Source: Lama guanicoe (lineage: Eukaryota). Taken from it: a stretch of 64,000 nt of DNA. Position 1 is the first letter of the stretch; each line of letters opens with the position of its first letter. The stretch is taken from assembly GCA_013239625.1 (NCBI GenBank), contig MU053873.1:1936524-2000523 (forward strand). The letters are read 5' to 3'. The position numbers and the translations under genes were made by a program. Below, piece after piece: positions 34,831-47,614 of this stretch. The notes below the pieces were generated by a model that was not told where the DNA came from, searched no databases, and saw only the letters and a program-made list of their open reading frames with translations.

Positions 34831-35754
34831 ATCACACCCATTCTACAGATGAGAAAACTGAGGCTCCCGAGGAGTGAAATACCTGGGACTAGAGCCCTGG
34901 TATTTTCACCAATTCCAGAGCACCCTCTCTTTTCTTCCACCTGTGTCTGCTCCTATCTGATTTCTACTCACAAAACTCTAAAGAAGGGTCTGAAGCAATT
35001 TATGGTAAAACACAGGAGCTGTTAACATGATGCAGACCCGGCTTAGGAGCTGTGTGACCTTGGACAGGGTACACGAACTCTCTGTGCCCACAGTCTCTCA
35101 GCAGAGACAGGCTTAGAGCCCAGAACTCCTGCCTGCACGCCTCCTCCCCACCACCAAGCCCACCTCTGCCCTTATCCCCCTTCAGTGTCTGAGGCTAGGA
35201 GCAGTCATAAAAAATAAACCCACAGTCCCCCAATGTTCTTGCTGGCTTCTCAGGTCTTATTTTTTTTGGCCGCTAAGGAGACTAATAAATGGCTTGCCAC
35301 TTGACGTAATCATTAAGGGCTCCACTGAGCTGTGGGCAGCATTTCCTCCCCTCCTTGGCCGGGCCCGGGGCGCCCAGCCACCAAGGGTGGCAGTGATGGA
35401 TGGTGTCATCACGGGGCTTGCCCAGGGGGGAGTGCGGGCGGTGGGCGGCCATGGCTCTCTCTCCTGCGGGCTCCCAGGCTATTCATTATGGGAAGGAGGA
35501 GTTGATGTGTGGGGATGACAGCCGGCTTCCAGAAGGGGCACGAGCAGGACGTCCAAGGGGACTGTGGGCCAGGGGGGATGTAAAGACTAGTGTTGGGTGC
35601 AAGGACTCAATTGATGAAGAGCCAATAAGCAGATGGGAGGAATGACAGGATCACAGTTGTAGGTAATCCAAAAATACATATTAAAACGTGTATTTTTTTA
35701 AAGTTACAAAATTGGTAAATTTTTTTTAATGGAAATGATTAAAAAATAGATAAT

Positions 35755-36198
35755 TTGGTTGCAAAAATGTTCTCAGTTCTCTGGTCCTCCCTGCATCTAA
35801 CTCCTTTGCAATGAGCTTCCCGGTTCTTCCCATCAAGAGATAAAGTCTAGTTCCCACCCTCTGAATCAGGCTCAGTCATGTGACTTGTTTTGGCCAATAG
35901 AATGTGACAGATGTGATGCTGTGCCTGCTGCAAGCCTAGGCCCCAAGAGGCCTTGCGGCTTCTGCGTGCTCTCTTAGAACCCCGCTGGCACCCTGTGAAC
36001 AAGCCCGGGCTAGCCTGCTGGAGGACAAGAGAGCACATGGGGCTGAGCCAAGCTCCAGACATAGGAGAGCACCCCGTCAAAGCCAATAAAGCCAACTAAT
36101 TGTGCAGGAGCAAGCCTGGCAGAGCTACCTAAGTGACCTGTAGACACAGGAGCAATAAGACATGCTTACTGTTTTAAGCCATCGAGTTTTTCTCTTTT

Positions 36199-36232
<34 letters not shown>

Positions 36233-36811
36233 CTTTTTTTAATATATATTATATATACTTTTTTTAAATTGAAGTACAGTCAGTGTACAATGCTGTGTCA
36301 ATTTCTGGCTTCAGTCATACATGAACATACGTATATTTGTTTTCACGTTCTTTTTCACCATAAGTGACTACAAGTTATTGAATATGGTTCCCTGTGCTAT
36401 ACAGTATGAACTTGTTGTTTATCTATTTTATATGTAGTAGTTAGTATCTGCAAATCTCAAACTCCCAATTTATCCCTTCCCACCCCTTCCCTGCCTGGTT
36501 ACCATAAGTTTGTTGTCTACGTCTGTGAGTGTTTCTGTTTTGTAAATAAGTTCACTTGTCTTTTTTTTCCAAAGATTCCACATATGAGTGATATTGTATG
36601 GTATTTTTCTTTCTCTTTCTGGCTTACTTCATTTAGAACAACAATCTCCAGGTCCATCCATGTTGCTGCAAATTGCATTATTTTATTATTTTTTATGACT
36701 GTGTAGTATTCCATTGTATAAATATACCACAACTTCTTTATCCAGTCATCTGTTGATGGACTCATTGAGCTTTTGTGGTGGTTTGTTACACAGCAATAGC
36801 TAACTGACACA
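35755..36811 (+). mobile_element. MaLR solo LTR (MLT1F/H-like) interrupted by a young L1
   Basis: ggttgcaaaaatg...cccatcaagagataaagtct...gtgacttgttttggccaatagaatg; the 3' end resumes at 36763 and ends ttacacagcaatagctaactgacaCA. Confidence 0.85.
36192..36762 (-). mobile_element. Young 5'-truncated L1 (ORF2p C-terminus, 3' UTR, and a tail converted to (TA)n(CA)n)
   Basis: Minus-strand peptide PSTDDWIKKLWYIYTMEYY...FAATWMDLEIVVLNEVSQKEKEKYHTISLICG is the L1 ORF2p C-terminus; TSD catcgagttttt (36180) / cattgagctttt (36763). Confidence 0.92.
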
Positions 36812-37625
36812 AATCATAATATCCAGTGCTGGCGATGGGTAATGGTGGGAGTAGTCTTCCTCACACAGAACTGACAGAGGAGGAGTTTGCTAACATTCTG
36901 GATATCCAAAAAAAAAAAAAGAAAACTAAAAGTGAAAAAACATTATAAGTACAAGGTGATATTATAATTTTGTGGGCCTCAGTTTCCTAATCTGGAAAAT
37001 GGAGGTAAGAGTACCCATTCAGAGGGTTAATGTGGAGATTCAATGAGTGGGTCAAATACTGAGCATAACACTTGCTACTTAAAAAAATGCCCCTAATGTG
37101 TTAGTTGCTTTCTATATTAGCATATCAGGGGGACAGCAACACTCAGGGAAGTTTACTTATGGTCTCAGCTTTGGGGATTCATTTCTTTGGAAATCCTAAA
37201 GCATTTGTTTCTTGTGGACAGAGATTCATCAACAAGACTGCCCACTGCAGCATTGTTTATAGGGAACAAACAGACACACACTAAAAGACCAACACAAAAG
37301 AAACCACTGTTGCTTCTTTGCTGTTTATTTATTATTTCTGGTTGTTCACTAATTTTTACTAACATTGCTTGAAGACATTAAGGTATGGCTGTTCAGCCAT
37401 GAAAATCAGGTTTTAGAAGAGAATTTATTGACATAACGTTCAGGCTATTAAATGAAAAAAAATCAGATTACAAAATAGAACTATAACATGATCCCGCTTG
37501 TTGTAAAACATCATTTTTATAACATCATCTCTATAAAGCTGTGTGGAGACAAAAAAATATCTGGAAGGAACTAACCCAAAATGTCATCTGGGCTTTTCCC
37601 TGATGGTGAAACCATGAGTCTCTTT
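36812..37625 (+). mobile_element. Old L1ME-like fragments with an embedded MIR (about 36970-37115)
   Basis: ataatatccagtgctggcga; cactgcagcattgtttatag; aaatgaaaaaaaatcagattacaaaatag; atctggaaggaac; MIR core gggcctcagtttcctaatctggaaaatgg. Confidence 0.65.
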
Positions 37626-38634
37626 TTTGTCTTCTTCATAGGGACACATTTATTTTGAGTGTCTTCAGGGCCGGGTACCTGGCATTCATCTAGGGTCTCC
37701 TTTGGTTCTTCTGATGAACCTTAACGCTGGATGCTAGGATCATATCCTTTTCTCAGATGCAACATTAAGGTCAGGAAGAGCTCAGGGCATGTGAGTTGAG
37801 AGAGAATGAGTGAATGAATGAAGCCAGAAGCCTGTGGCCAAGATGAGGTGGAGTGGGTGTTCTTCAGTCCTTGATGAGACGTAATAGAGGAGCAGGTATC
37901 GGTGTCTCCCCCACCAGGCTGCCATATTCTCTGAAATCCCCTCTCCATATCTCACCCGTTTAGAAAAAGACCAGAGTCCCTCCTGCCTTCTTTTGCTCAA
38001 GCTGCTCACTGCCTTTTCCAGACCTGTAGGAACTCTGAGAAGTTATGTAGGAAGTCCTACATTCTCAGATGATTTTTTAGAGTTTTTTCCTTTAAATAAA
38101 CTTTATCTCTGATGGACAAAGAACTATTCATTGTGGAACATTTGAAAAACAATAAAAGGATGAAGGGGCAGGACCCGGCCCCCTCCCTCTCCATATTTCT
38201 ACCATCAGAATAATCAAGGTTGGCATTTGGGTGTATTTTGGCTCCATATTTCTCTTTATGTGTACAATCTGGTATCCTGCTAGCTTTACATCACATCACC
38301 AGGAGTCCATGGGGATGTAAGCACGGGGGTAGTCCAAGTGTGGGGGTCCCCGATGGATGTGACCAGTCCCTGGGGTCTGAGGAGCCCCATAGTTCTGTAG
38401 GGAAGGATGGCAAAGGAGGAGCTGGGCACCTGGGGTTCCAGACCCTCCACTCTGACCCCAGATATCTCTGTGTCTGGCTGCTTTAGATACTGGGGGGCCA
38501 CCCACAATTTTGATCAAAAGGGAGAATTCCTTTGCTTCGAAAAGGCCCAACCTGGCATCTAGAAAGGAGATGTGACTTGTCCAACACCTCCCAGCAAATC
38601 AGGAGACCCGGGTCTGGGACCCAGGCCACCTGCC

Positions 38635-39140
38635 TCTCACATTTATTGGACAATCATTAGTGAGCACCACCTGTGTGCCAGGAACTGGGCTGGGCCCTGC
38701 AGAACCTGCGCTGAACCAGGCAGAATCCGTCTCTGCTCTCCGGAAGCTTCTGTCCCACGAGGGCAGCAGCGCAGTCCTGCTTATCAGACAAGTGATCACA
38801 CAGCTGCAGTTTGCGCTCGGAGGGATGGGAGCCAAAGACAGAGGTGGGTGGCGAAGGAAGTTGGAGGGAGAGGTGGTCCCGCTGGAAGGTGACCTCTGAG
38901 CTGAGGCCTAAGGAATGGGAAGAATGGTGACAAGGCCAGAGGGATCTGCAAGGGTGAAGGCCGGAGGCTGGCTTGGCGTAAGAGGGGGCAAGGACGGGAA
39001 GAGGTGGGGTCCAATTGCTGGGAGGGCCGGGACACGCAGGCAGCGGTAAGAGGTGAGCAGAAGTTTTTCAGTGGGAGAGGGACGTGACCAGATACATATT
39101 CTAAAAGGTCACTGGCTGCTTTGGGGCTGGGACTGGCAGT
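38635..39140 (-). mobile_element. L2 fragment
   Basis: tgagcaccacctgtgtgccaggaactgggctggg; gaaggtgacctctgagctgaggcct; gtgaccagatacatattctaaaaggtcactggctgc. Confidence 0.7.
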
Positions 39141-39772
39141 CTGCCGAGGCCCTGCACATCCAGCCTCCTGGTGCAGCACCCCCCCCAACCCCAGCATCCT
39201 TCTGAGGTGGAGGGCACAGTGGGTGGGTCCATCAGCTCCGCCACCAGTGACCCCTTGCACCTTGGGGGTTGGGGACTGCCTGTCCCCACTGTAGGGAGAT
39301 GGGAACAGCAAATCCTTTCCCTGGCCTGGCTAAAAGCCTGTGTGCCCTGCGTGGCCCCAGTGTCCCCAGTTCTCGGCATCAACCAGAGCCAGGCTGGCTG
39401 GATCCTGCTTTGCTCAGCCTCCCAGTGCCCTCTGACTTCACTGTCATGGCAGGAGGAGGCCTGATGGCCACTGTCTCTGGGCACCCAGTTGAGACCAGAG
39501 CCTGGACCACGTGCCTGCCTCTCATCAGCTCACACTTGGCCCACAGGCTCAGACTCAATGGACCTACAGGGCCAGTAAATCATTTGCCCAGGATGACACA
39601 GGCCAGCAGGTGTGCAGCTGATCTGTAGGACAGGTCTCTGCAGACCCCACATGCCCCACCCTAGGCTTCTCAGCCCCCAGGGTCAGAAGAAGGGAGTTGG
39701 GGAAGGGTGTTCCCACCGGTGGGAACAGCATATGCGAAGTCCTAGACTGGACAGGGTATAAATATGTGGGTG

Positions 39773-40385
39773 TTTTTATTGTAACTTCTTTATTGAGATA
39801 TTATCCACATACCATACCATTCACTCACTTGAAGTGTACAATTTGGTGGTTTTTAGTATATTCAAGAAGTATGCAGCCATTACCACAGTGAATTTTAGAA
39901 CATTTTCATCACCTTAGAAAGAAACCCTGTACCCCTGGCTCTCACCTCCCCCCACCCCCCAATTCCTTCACCCCCAGACCCTGGGAACAACCACTCTACT
40001 TTATCCCTCTGGCTTTGCCTGTTCCAGACATCTCACATAAATAAAACTATACCACATGGTCTTTTGTGACTGGCTTCTTCCACTCAGCATAATGTTTTCA
40101 AGGTTCATCCATGTTGTAGGACGTACCAGTACCCCATTCCTTTTTTGTGGCTGAATAATATTCCACTCAACGCCTATACACCACATTTTGTTTACTGTTC
40201 TTCAGTTGATGGACATTTGGGTTGTTTTCACCTTTTGACTTTTACGAGTAGTGCTGCCATGAACATTCATATACATTTTTATAATGTTCCTGTGTTTCCT
40301 TTTCTCTTGGGTAGATGCCTAGGAGGGGAATTGCTGGGTCATCTGATAAATCTAGGCTTAGCTTTTTGAGGACGTGCCAGCTTGT
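39773..40385 (-). mobile_element. L1MB-like 3' region
   Basis: tttattgagata...cttgaagtgtacaatt; gactggcttcttccactcagcataatgttttcaaggttcatccatgttgtag; minus-strand peptide TTWMNLENIMLSGRSQSQK. Confidence 0.9.
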
Positions 40386-42925
40386 TTTCTGAACTTTGTT
40401 TTTGGGGGTAGTAAATGGGTGTGTGTGAGAATACGTGTGCATGGACATTTGCATTTTTACATGCATGTTAGGTATATAAACATATTTGTCTATGTTGAAT
40501 TGTCCTTAAATAGTAGCTATTGTGATAGTTTTTGTCCTACTGGTAGAGTTACATGGGTGGGCATTCCTGGCAGCGGGATCGTATGGGCAAAAGCTGAGAG
40601 AAGTGAGTTCTCTCTTTGGAAAATGCTGGAAAGTGGCTGGGTCCACAGCAGCCTGCCACATCTGAGCCCACACGTTTTCCTACCACTCTCCCAGCCAGGG
40701 CCACCAAACCCACCGCAGTTCAGGCAAATCATATGCAAATCTCCTTCCTCCCATCAGCCCTGCGGCACCCAGAGGAGTGGGAAATATTCTCATTTGGGTC
40801 CTTCCCTTCATTAATTTCTGAGCCGTAGTACATTACTCATGGATAATTAAGAGTGAGCTATTAATACAACATTTAATATTCAAGTGCAGCGAAGAGGAGA
40901 GAACTGTAAGTCACAGAATCCTGTTCGAGGAGAGACATTGCATTTTAGTGTTGAGATATTTTTTTTCGCCATCCAGATGCTCAGGACTGCTTGCATCGAA
41001 ATGTGGGCCTGAGAACTTCATTTATTGATAGAATATGAACAAGACCTTAAATCACCAGGAAATCCATTTGAAGAGCCCGGTGAAGACAGCCGGGTAATAA
41101 TTACACCCAGAGGTGTAAGTGTCTCCACGGGGCACGTCCAGAGGCAGGAGATGGCCCGGCCGTCCCACAGCTGACAGGGGGATTGATGGCACGTGGGTTG
41201 GGCCAAGGCAGAGACAAAGGAAGAAACGTGTGTCTGTCCACTCCTGGGCAGGGGAGGGGAGGGATTTGCAGCAGCTCGATTCTGGCCACTCGCAAACCTC
41301 GTTCATCCTGGCTGGGGCCTCAGGCAGCCTGGACTGGCCCTACTTTCTCTGCATGTGACCTTGAAAATAAGGCTCCTCCTGTGTTTCAGCCTCGGTGATC
41401 CCTGACACAGAAACAGAGTTCAACAAACGTCTTTGAGCACCTCAGTTTCCAAAGCCATAAAATGGGCTCTCACCAGCACATTCTCTAAGAGCCAGTTCCC
41501 AGCATCTTCTCCTGCCTGACGTGGGGGTCACTTAAATGCCAGCAGCCGTCAGTCACGGAGGCCACGGGCATGTGTGGGTGGCGGGCCTGGGTGGCATCGC
41601 ATCACCAGCTGTGTGGTGAATCCAGTGGACCTCACTGGGGCTCCTCCTCCCCGTCTAGAAGGTGGGAATTAGTCGTCCCGAGGCCACCCCAGGTTGTCAC
41701 GAGGAGAGTGCTTGGGTAATAAGAGGTACCTGCTGCTGGTAGAATGGGGTTCTGCTGTTTTGGCAGTGGCTTTGGCCCTGGGCTGATGGAGTGGTCCAAG
41801 GAGTAGGGGCTGGGATGTTTGGTGGAGGGAGGTGGGCTTGTGAGCCGAGACTTGGAGCTGGAAGGAAAGCCGGCTCTTTGCCAAATGTGACCCGGGCAGT
41901 TCCACATGACTTGCCTAACTCTCACACCCACCCTGCCATGCACGAATTCTTCTATTTTATGAATGAGGCGGAGGAGTCTCAAGACGCTGAGAACCTACCC
42001 AAAGCCACCCTTGCCCTCTCGGAGGGTTCACCTTGCAGAAAGCTGGAGAAGACTGAGTTTTAAATGGGGTACCAGCGGCTTGGACCTGTGACAACCAGGT
42101 TGTAAATGAACCCCCCGCCTGTGGTGCTCACAGGGTGAGATTATGCTCACAGTTTCAATGAAAATCTCCAAGAGCAGGCTGTGAGCTCAGGGGCGCTGGC
42201 TGGAGGGGTGGGGGTGGCCCTACTACAGGGACCCTCTGGCTCCCACTGGAAGGTGGAAAACTAAAATTAAGTTATTCTTCTCTCAGTGATGGTGGCCAGA
42301 TTTAGTGTTGGCTGATAGCTGTAACATAATCATGGTATTATGATCGATCCTGGACTAAATTATGCAGTGGGCTAATACAATTTCTAGATTTTCTACTGAG
42401 TTCCCCAGAGGTAAAGGGAACACGGCCAGAGGAAGAGAGATCTGGGGAGTGGGAAGGGCGCAGACACCGCCTGGCTCCTCATTTTAGAGAAGACAAGACA
42501 GGAACCTGGAGAGGGACAGTGTCCAGGGCTGCACGCTGGGTCTGTGATGACAGCCAGACACGGGGAGGGAGCAAGGCCTTCCTGAGCTGGTGTCTCCATA
42601 GTGTAAGCTTTCCTCTGAGCACAGTGTTCCCAAGGTGTCAGAGCCCAAGGTCACTCAGCCAGTAAAGGTGGCAGCCTGAAGGCAGAATGTCTGATCCTGA
42701 AGCCTGGCCCTTCTCTGCTAGACCCTCTGCTGAGGGAGAGTCCAGATATTCTGTGAGCTTTGTGAGGGTGGGAGCACGCCTGCCTCCCTCCACTTTACGG
42801 CCCCAGTACCCAGTCCGACCTTCGGTGCAGAGGCTTCATGGGGGCTTGTTGGGTAAATGGAGGAGCAAGGGAAGGATGCTGGGCTTCTCCAGCCACCCAT
42901 CCATCCAGCCGTCTACCCATCTACC

Positions 42926-43304
42926 TATGGACTGAGTATTTGTTACCCCCCTAATTCCATACATTGACACCCTAAGACTCGGTGCAGCTGTGTTTGGACA
43001 CGGGGCCTCTCAAGTAATTAAAGTTAAATGAGATCATAAAGATGGGTTTCGATAGAATTGGTGCCTTTATAAGATAAGACACCAGAGAGCACCCCGCACC
43101 CCCCTCTCTTTCTCTCTCTTCTGCCCATGGTCATGTGAAATCACAGTGTCTACAAGCCAGGAAGAAAGGCCTCCCCAGAAATGGAATTGGCTGGAACCTT
43201 GATCTTAGACTTCTAGCTTCCAGAACAGTGAGGAAATACATTTCTGTTGTTTAAGCCACTCAATCTGTGATATTTTATCATGGGAGCCCAAGCCGACTAA
43301 TATA
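42926..43304 (+). mobile_element. MaLR solo LTR (MLT1A/B-like)
   Basis: tatggactga...aagtaattaaagttaaatgagatcataa; accttgatcttagacttctagcttccagaacagtgaggaaatacatttctgttgtttaagccac. Confidence 0.88.
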
Positions 43305-43485
43305 CCTTCCATTCCCCTTTCCCTTCCTTCTTTCCTTCCACCCACCCATCCTTCCATTCTTCCATCCATCCATTCATTATCTCTTTCCTTCCCTCCCTCC
43401 TTTCTTCCTTTCCTTTCCTCCTTCCATCCATCTATCCACTCATCCTTCTGCCCCATCCTGCCTTCTACCCTCCTCTCCCCCATCC
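43305..43485. repeat. CT/CCAT-rich low-complexity tract
   Basis: Seen directly. Confidence 0.8.
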
Positions 43486-44569
43486 CACCTTGGCACTGCT
43501 GGGAGAGTCCTTGTGGTCCTGACACCCTCACCTTGCACCACGGCCTTACCTGAAGCACATCAAAGCCTGCTCTTGGGACTCAGCCCAGGGCTCGGATGGG
43601 ACACCTTTACCTTTTCCAGCCATGGCAACTTACGATGGGGTTCTGTCTTACTCAGTTGTCACAAAGGAATATCTTGTTAAGTCAACCCAAACTTACACTC
43701 CAAATTTGATTAAAAAAAAATCCTACTAGCCTCGTGTTTGCACCATGAGATAACAAACAGAGAATTAATTTTATTTACACACATAGAAATGATTAAACTC
43801 CAACAGCTGTCCAGGTACCTCGTGCTGCAGAGGCTGGTGCATTGAGGGAGATCTTCTCTAGGAAAGGCTGGCCTGGAGAAGCCTGGTACCTGGGGAAGGG
43901 CTCCCAGGAGGGCCATGCAGAGAATTCCCAGCAGCCTCTTCCACCTGCTCCACCTCGGCCCCGCCCAGGCGGCCTCCATGCAAATCACCCAGGAGCCTCA
44001 TTTGCATACCCACCAGCTCATTTCCATATCCCCCAGCTCTGGGTAGCGCGGCTGCCACAGGGCTGGCTGTCAGCCGCCACTTTTGTTTTCACATGCCATC
44101 CAGGGAGTTGCTCCTTCATCCTTCGAACTGGGGCAGGGGGTGGTGGGGGAAGAAAGAAAGGAAGCTGAGAAAAAAGAGAAGGGAAGGGAGAAAACCTCTC
44201 AAGACAAAGAGACAGGCACCATCTGGGTCACAGGAGGAAAATGGCACTGTCTGGGGTTGGACCCTGGTGGGGGAGCAGGCGACAGGGCACAGGGCTGCCG
44301 GAGCTGAGCTCTTAGTCCTGCTAGTTTTGTTGTTTACTTGGCTCTGGCATCCTGGGCAGGTGACTCAGGCGCGTGCCTCTGTTTCCCCATCTGAGAAATG
44401 GCAGCCTCACATCAGCCCCGGCTCCTGCCCCTGTGCTTATTCCTGCTGCAGACCCCAGGAGGTGACGGGGCTGAGACCCTCTTCTGTGGGGCCGGCCAGG
44501 GTCCACCCCGGCCCGCATCTCGGTTTTCTCCCTCCAACGGCTGGCCCCCTTAGTTCACAAGCCAAGGTG

Positions 44570-44770
44570 TATAGTGATGACGGCAGTGGTAATGATGGCG
44601 GTGGTGATGATGGTGAATATGAATGTGTGTGCAAGCGAGAATCCAGCCCTGGGCCAGGCCTTCTACCTGTGTTTGCTCATTTTAGCCTCATAAGCACCCT
44701 GTGGTCTATGTTTTACTACGATCTTCATTTGACTGACGAGGACGTGGAGGTCCACACCGAGAGCTCAGCC
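44570..44770 (-). mobile_element. MIR
   Basis: tgctcattttagcctcataagcaccctgtgg...cttcatttgactgacgaggacgtggagg. Confidence 0.6.
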
Positions 44771-44944
44771 TGTCCTTTCTGCAGGCTAAGCTCTCACCTT
44801 TGGTCCACACACTGTAGGGTCTGTCTCCCTCCCCTTCTCCTACATTTGATTTCAGTGTGTGTGTCCATCCCACGAGCAGGAAAAACATGCTTGGGTGCAT
44901 GTCTGTGTGTGTTGACATATGTTTAATCAGACACCTGGTGTCTC

Positions 44945-45190
44945 ATGGTGATTAAGAACTTGGATTCTGCTGCCAGCCTGCTTAGGCTCAAATCTCAATG
45001 CTGCTAGTTGCCAGATGTGTAACTTCAAGCAAGTCACGTACCTTCTCTGACCCTCAGTAGCCTCATCTGTAAAATGGGGTTGATAATACTACTTAGCCTT
45101 TTTGTGGGAATTGAGTGAGTAACAGATATGCAATGACGGACAACAGTATTTGGCCCATAGCAAGCTCTCTATAAGAGTGAGCTCTGATGA
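44945..45190 (+). mobile_element. MIR, near full length
   Basis: ggtgattaagaacttggattctg...caagtcacgtaccttctctgaccctcagtagcctcatctgtaaaatggggttgataata. Confidence 0.85.
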
Positions 45191-46849
45191 CGAACGGGTG
45201 TGAATGTGTGTATTTGTGTGCACACAGCAAGTTGGGTACACAGTCTTATGCAGGCAAGCACGTAGGTTGTGCTCCTCATGTGTGCATATTCACACATGCC
45301 TGTGGGGGAGAGTCTGTACACACATACGCAGACACACACGGGCACGCCTGTGTTTCAGGAACCTGTGTGCATGGCGTGTGAAATGTGTGTTCACGATGAG
45401 TAGGTCGAGCCCGGTGGATAAGAGAATCTTGTAAGTGGATTTGTGCCCGAACATTTCACATCAGTGTTCATTAACTCGATACCTAAATTTGTGTGGAGGT
45501 GTTTGTAGGGAAATATAACTTACTCCTTTTGCAAAAAGTATTGCTATTTGCTTCAAGGGCCACTAAAGAGGGTCTCTCTCTATTCCTCTCTCTTCCTCTT
45601 TCTCTACCCTTCTATCTTGGAGTCAGGAACAATACCCTCCAGGCAGGAACCAGAGAGCAGAGAGCGGTTCAGGTGACCAGGCCCGGCTTGCAAAGCCCTT
45701 TGGGCTGGGCAGGCCGGTAACTTCCCTGCTATCTGCAAGGCTGGCCCCGGGAGCCCCTCTCTGCTCCCACCTGGGAACTGCTTCCCTCAGCCGTACTCAG
45801 AGGGCCTGGGGAAACTCTCCATTTGGCCCCAGCTTTTCCCCCAAGCGTTTTCACTCTGTCCCGAGGTTCACATTGCAGTTTTAAATTTAGCCTCAGGCAA
45901 AGCCTTGTGTAACCCTGACCGATTCAACTTTCCAACCCTGGCTCCTGTGTGGGATCTGGGGACCTCTCCGAACCTTTTTGGAAGGGGTAGAATTGTCAGG
46001 GTCAGGAGGGGAATCAGAGGAGGCGAGAGACTCTCAAGCCCCTATCAGACATCCCGCGGAACGCATCCCATTTCTTAATCATTCCTCACTGCCTGAGGGC
46101 CTCCAGGCCACCTGGCCACTTGTCCTTTTTTGATCAGTTAAAGCTGATGCCGAGACAGGGGCACTTTGCTAGGAGTCTTAAGAGGCAGGTGCGATACCCG
46201 TGCAGCCTGGGAAAGACCTCTCAGCTCTGCCGAACTCAGTTTCCCCACCTCTCCCTGGCTGTCCTGAGGGCAGTGTGATGGTGAATGGAGAGGCGGTCTG
46301 TGATCCGTGATTCACTGCGTCTTCTCCTGAGTTCCCCCAGAAGCCGTAGCTCTAGAAATGGCTATTGGTTAATCTGTTGCTGAGTAGGGTGGTGGTGGTG
46401 GTCCAAGAAGAGGGGTCCCTTGTGTTCCCACGGAGCCTGGCACGCAGAGGGTGCTGAGCAAATGGGGGTCGAACAGAGGACACCTTCTAGGGGTGATCAG
46501 TTTTGAACCGTGGCCTGCCCAAGGTCACACAGCTGGTAAGGGTCACCTGGTAGCTGTTGTCTCCGCTGTGAGGGCACGGCCCCCGGGGGTGACACAGGCC
46601 ACCGTTGTGTAAGTCCTGCGTGTGCCTATCCAGGAGGGGGAGGAGGGGATTAACGCCCAGAGGCACTGGCCACTCAAGGAGGCCGCCTGCTCCCGGGGAG
46701 GCCTGGCGCGGTGGATGCCGGGCCAGCTGCTCTCAGGGAGAGGCAGGGGAGAATCTGACACTCCCGAACACTTGGTCCTGTCACTCCCAGGGGATTTGGT
46801 GAGCTGGTGGGAACCTGGTAGGGTACATGCTGTGCTGGGTGGCCAGGCG

Positions 46850-47455
46850 GTGGGGGTACATTCTTTGTGAGTCCAGCACAGTGCCAGGCACATAGTAGGT
46901 GCTCCCTGAATGTTTCTCTACAGACGGATAAACCGGAGAGCTCTTGCCATCCCACCATGATGTCAAAGCCAAAGTCCAGAAGCCTGAGTGTTACCTTCGC
47001 TTCCTCCACTGACTCACTCCCCACAAGCCCCCCCCATCTCCAAGACCTGACAATTCCACCTCCAGATGCGGCCAAGCCCACCCTTTCCCCACTCCCCCTT
47101 GCCACCATCTCTCTCCTTGCTCCCTCTCTCGCCCCAACCCCTTCTCCATCGGGAGCAATGCGAGCCTGGCCACCCGTACGTGGTCATGTCAGTGGTCTGT
47201 TCGAACCCTGTGGCTTCAAAGCCAAGGCAAACTCCGCCTGTGATGCCCTCCTCTCCTTCCTCACGGGGCCGCAGCCCGGTGGTTCTCAGTTCTGCTCCTT
47301 AAACAGGCCAAGTTCCACTAGGTTCCCATTTCAGGCCTTTGCTTCAGCTGCTCATTCTTCTTTATGGTCTCAGGGCTGGTTTCCTCTCACCTGGCAGGTC
47401 TCACCAGTATTTGAAGCTTTGTTCTCATCTCCTTACAGTTCTTTCCTGTAGTCAT
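46850..47455 (+). mobile_element. L2 fragments
   Basis: ccagcacagtgccaggcacatagtaggtgctc (3' end); tcaggcctttgcttcagctg. Confidence 0.6.
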
Positions 47456-47614
47456 TATCTTGATATTATGTTATAGGGGTGTGTCTTGAACAGGATTGGG
47501 ATGAAGAAGGTGGTGGATGACTGGAAGAATTTGGAAGAGGGGAGAGGTACCCTTCACGAGGATGGGCTGTTTGCCATGAGTCATCCATTAAACTATCCTC
47601 ACCTTCTTCTTCCC

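Noticed and set aside
36517..36810. ORF with a recognisable protein motif (WIKKLWYIYTMEYY)
   Set aside because: It is the C-terminal remnant of L1 ORF2p inside a truncated L1, not a host gene.
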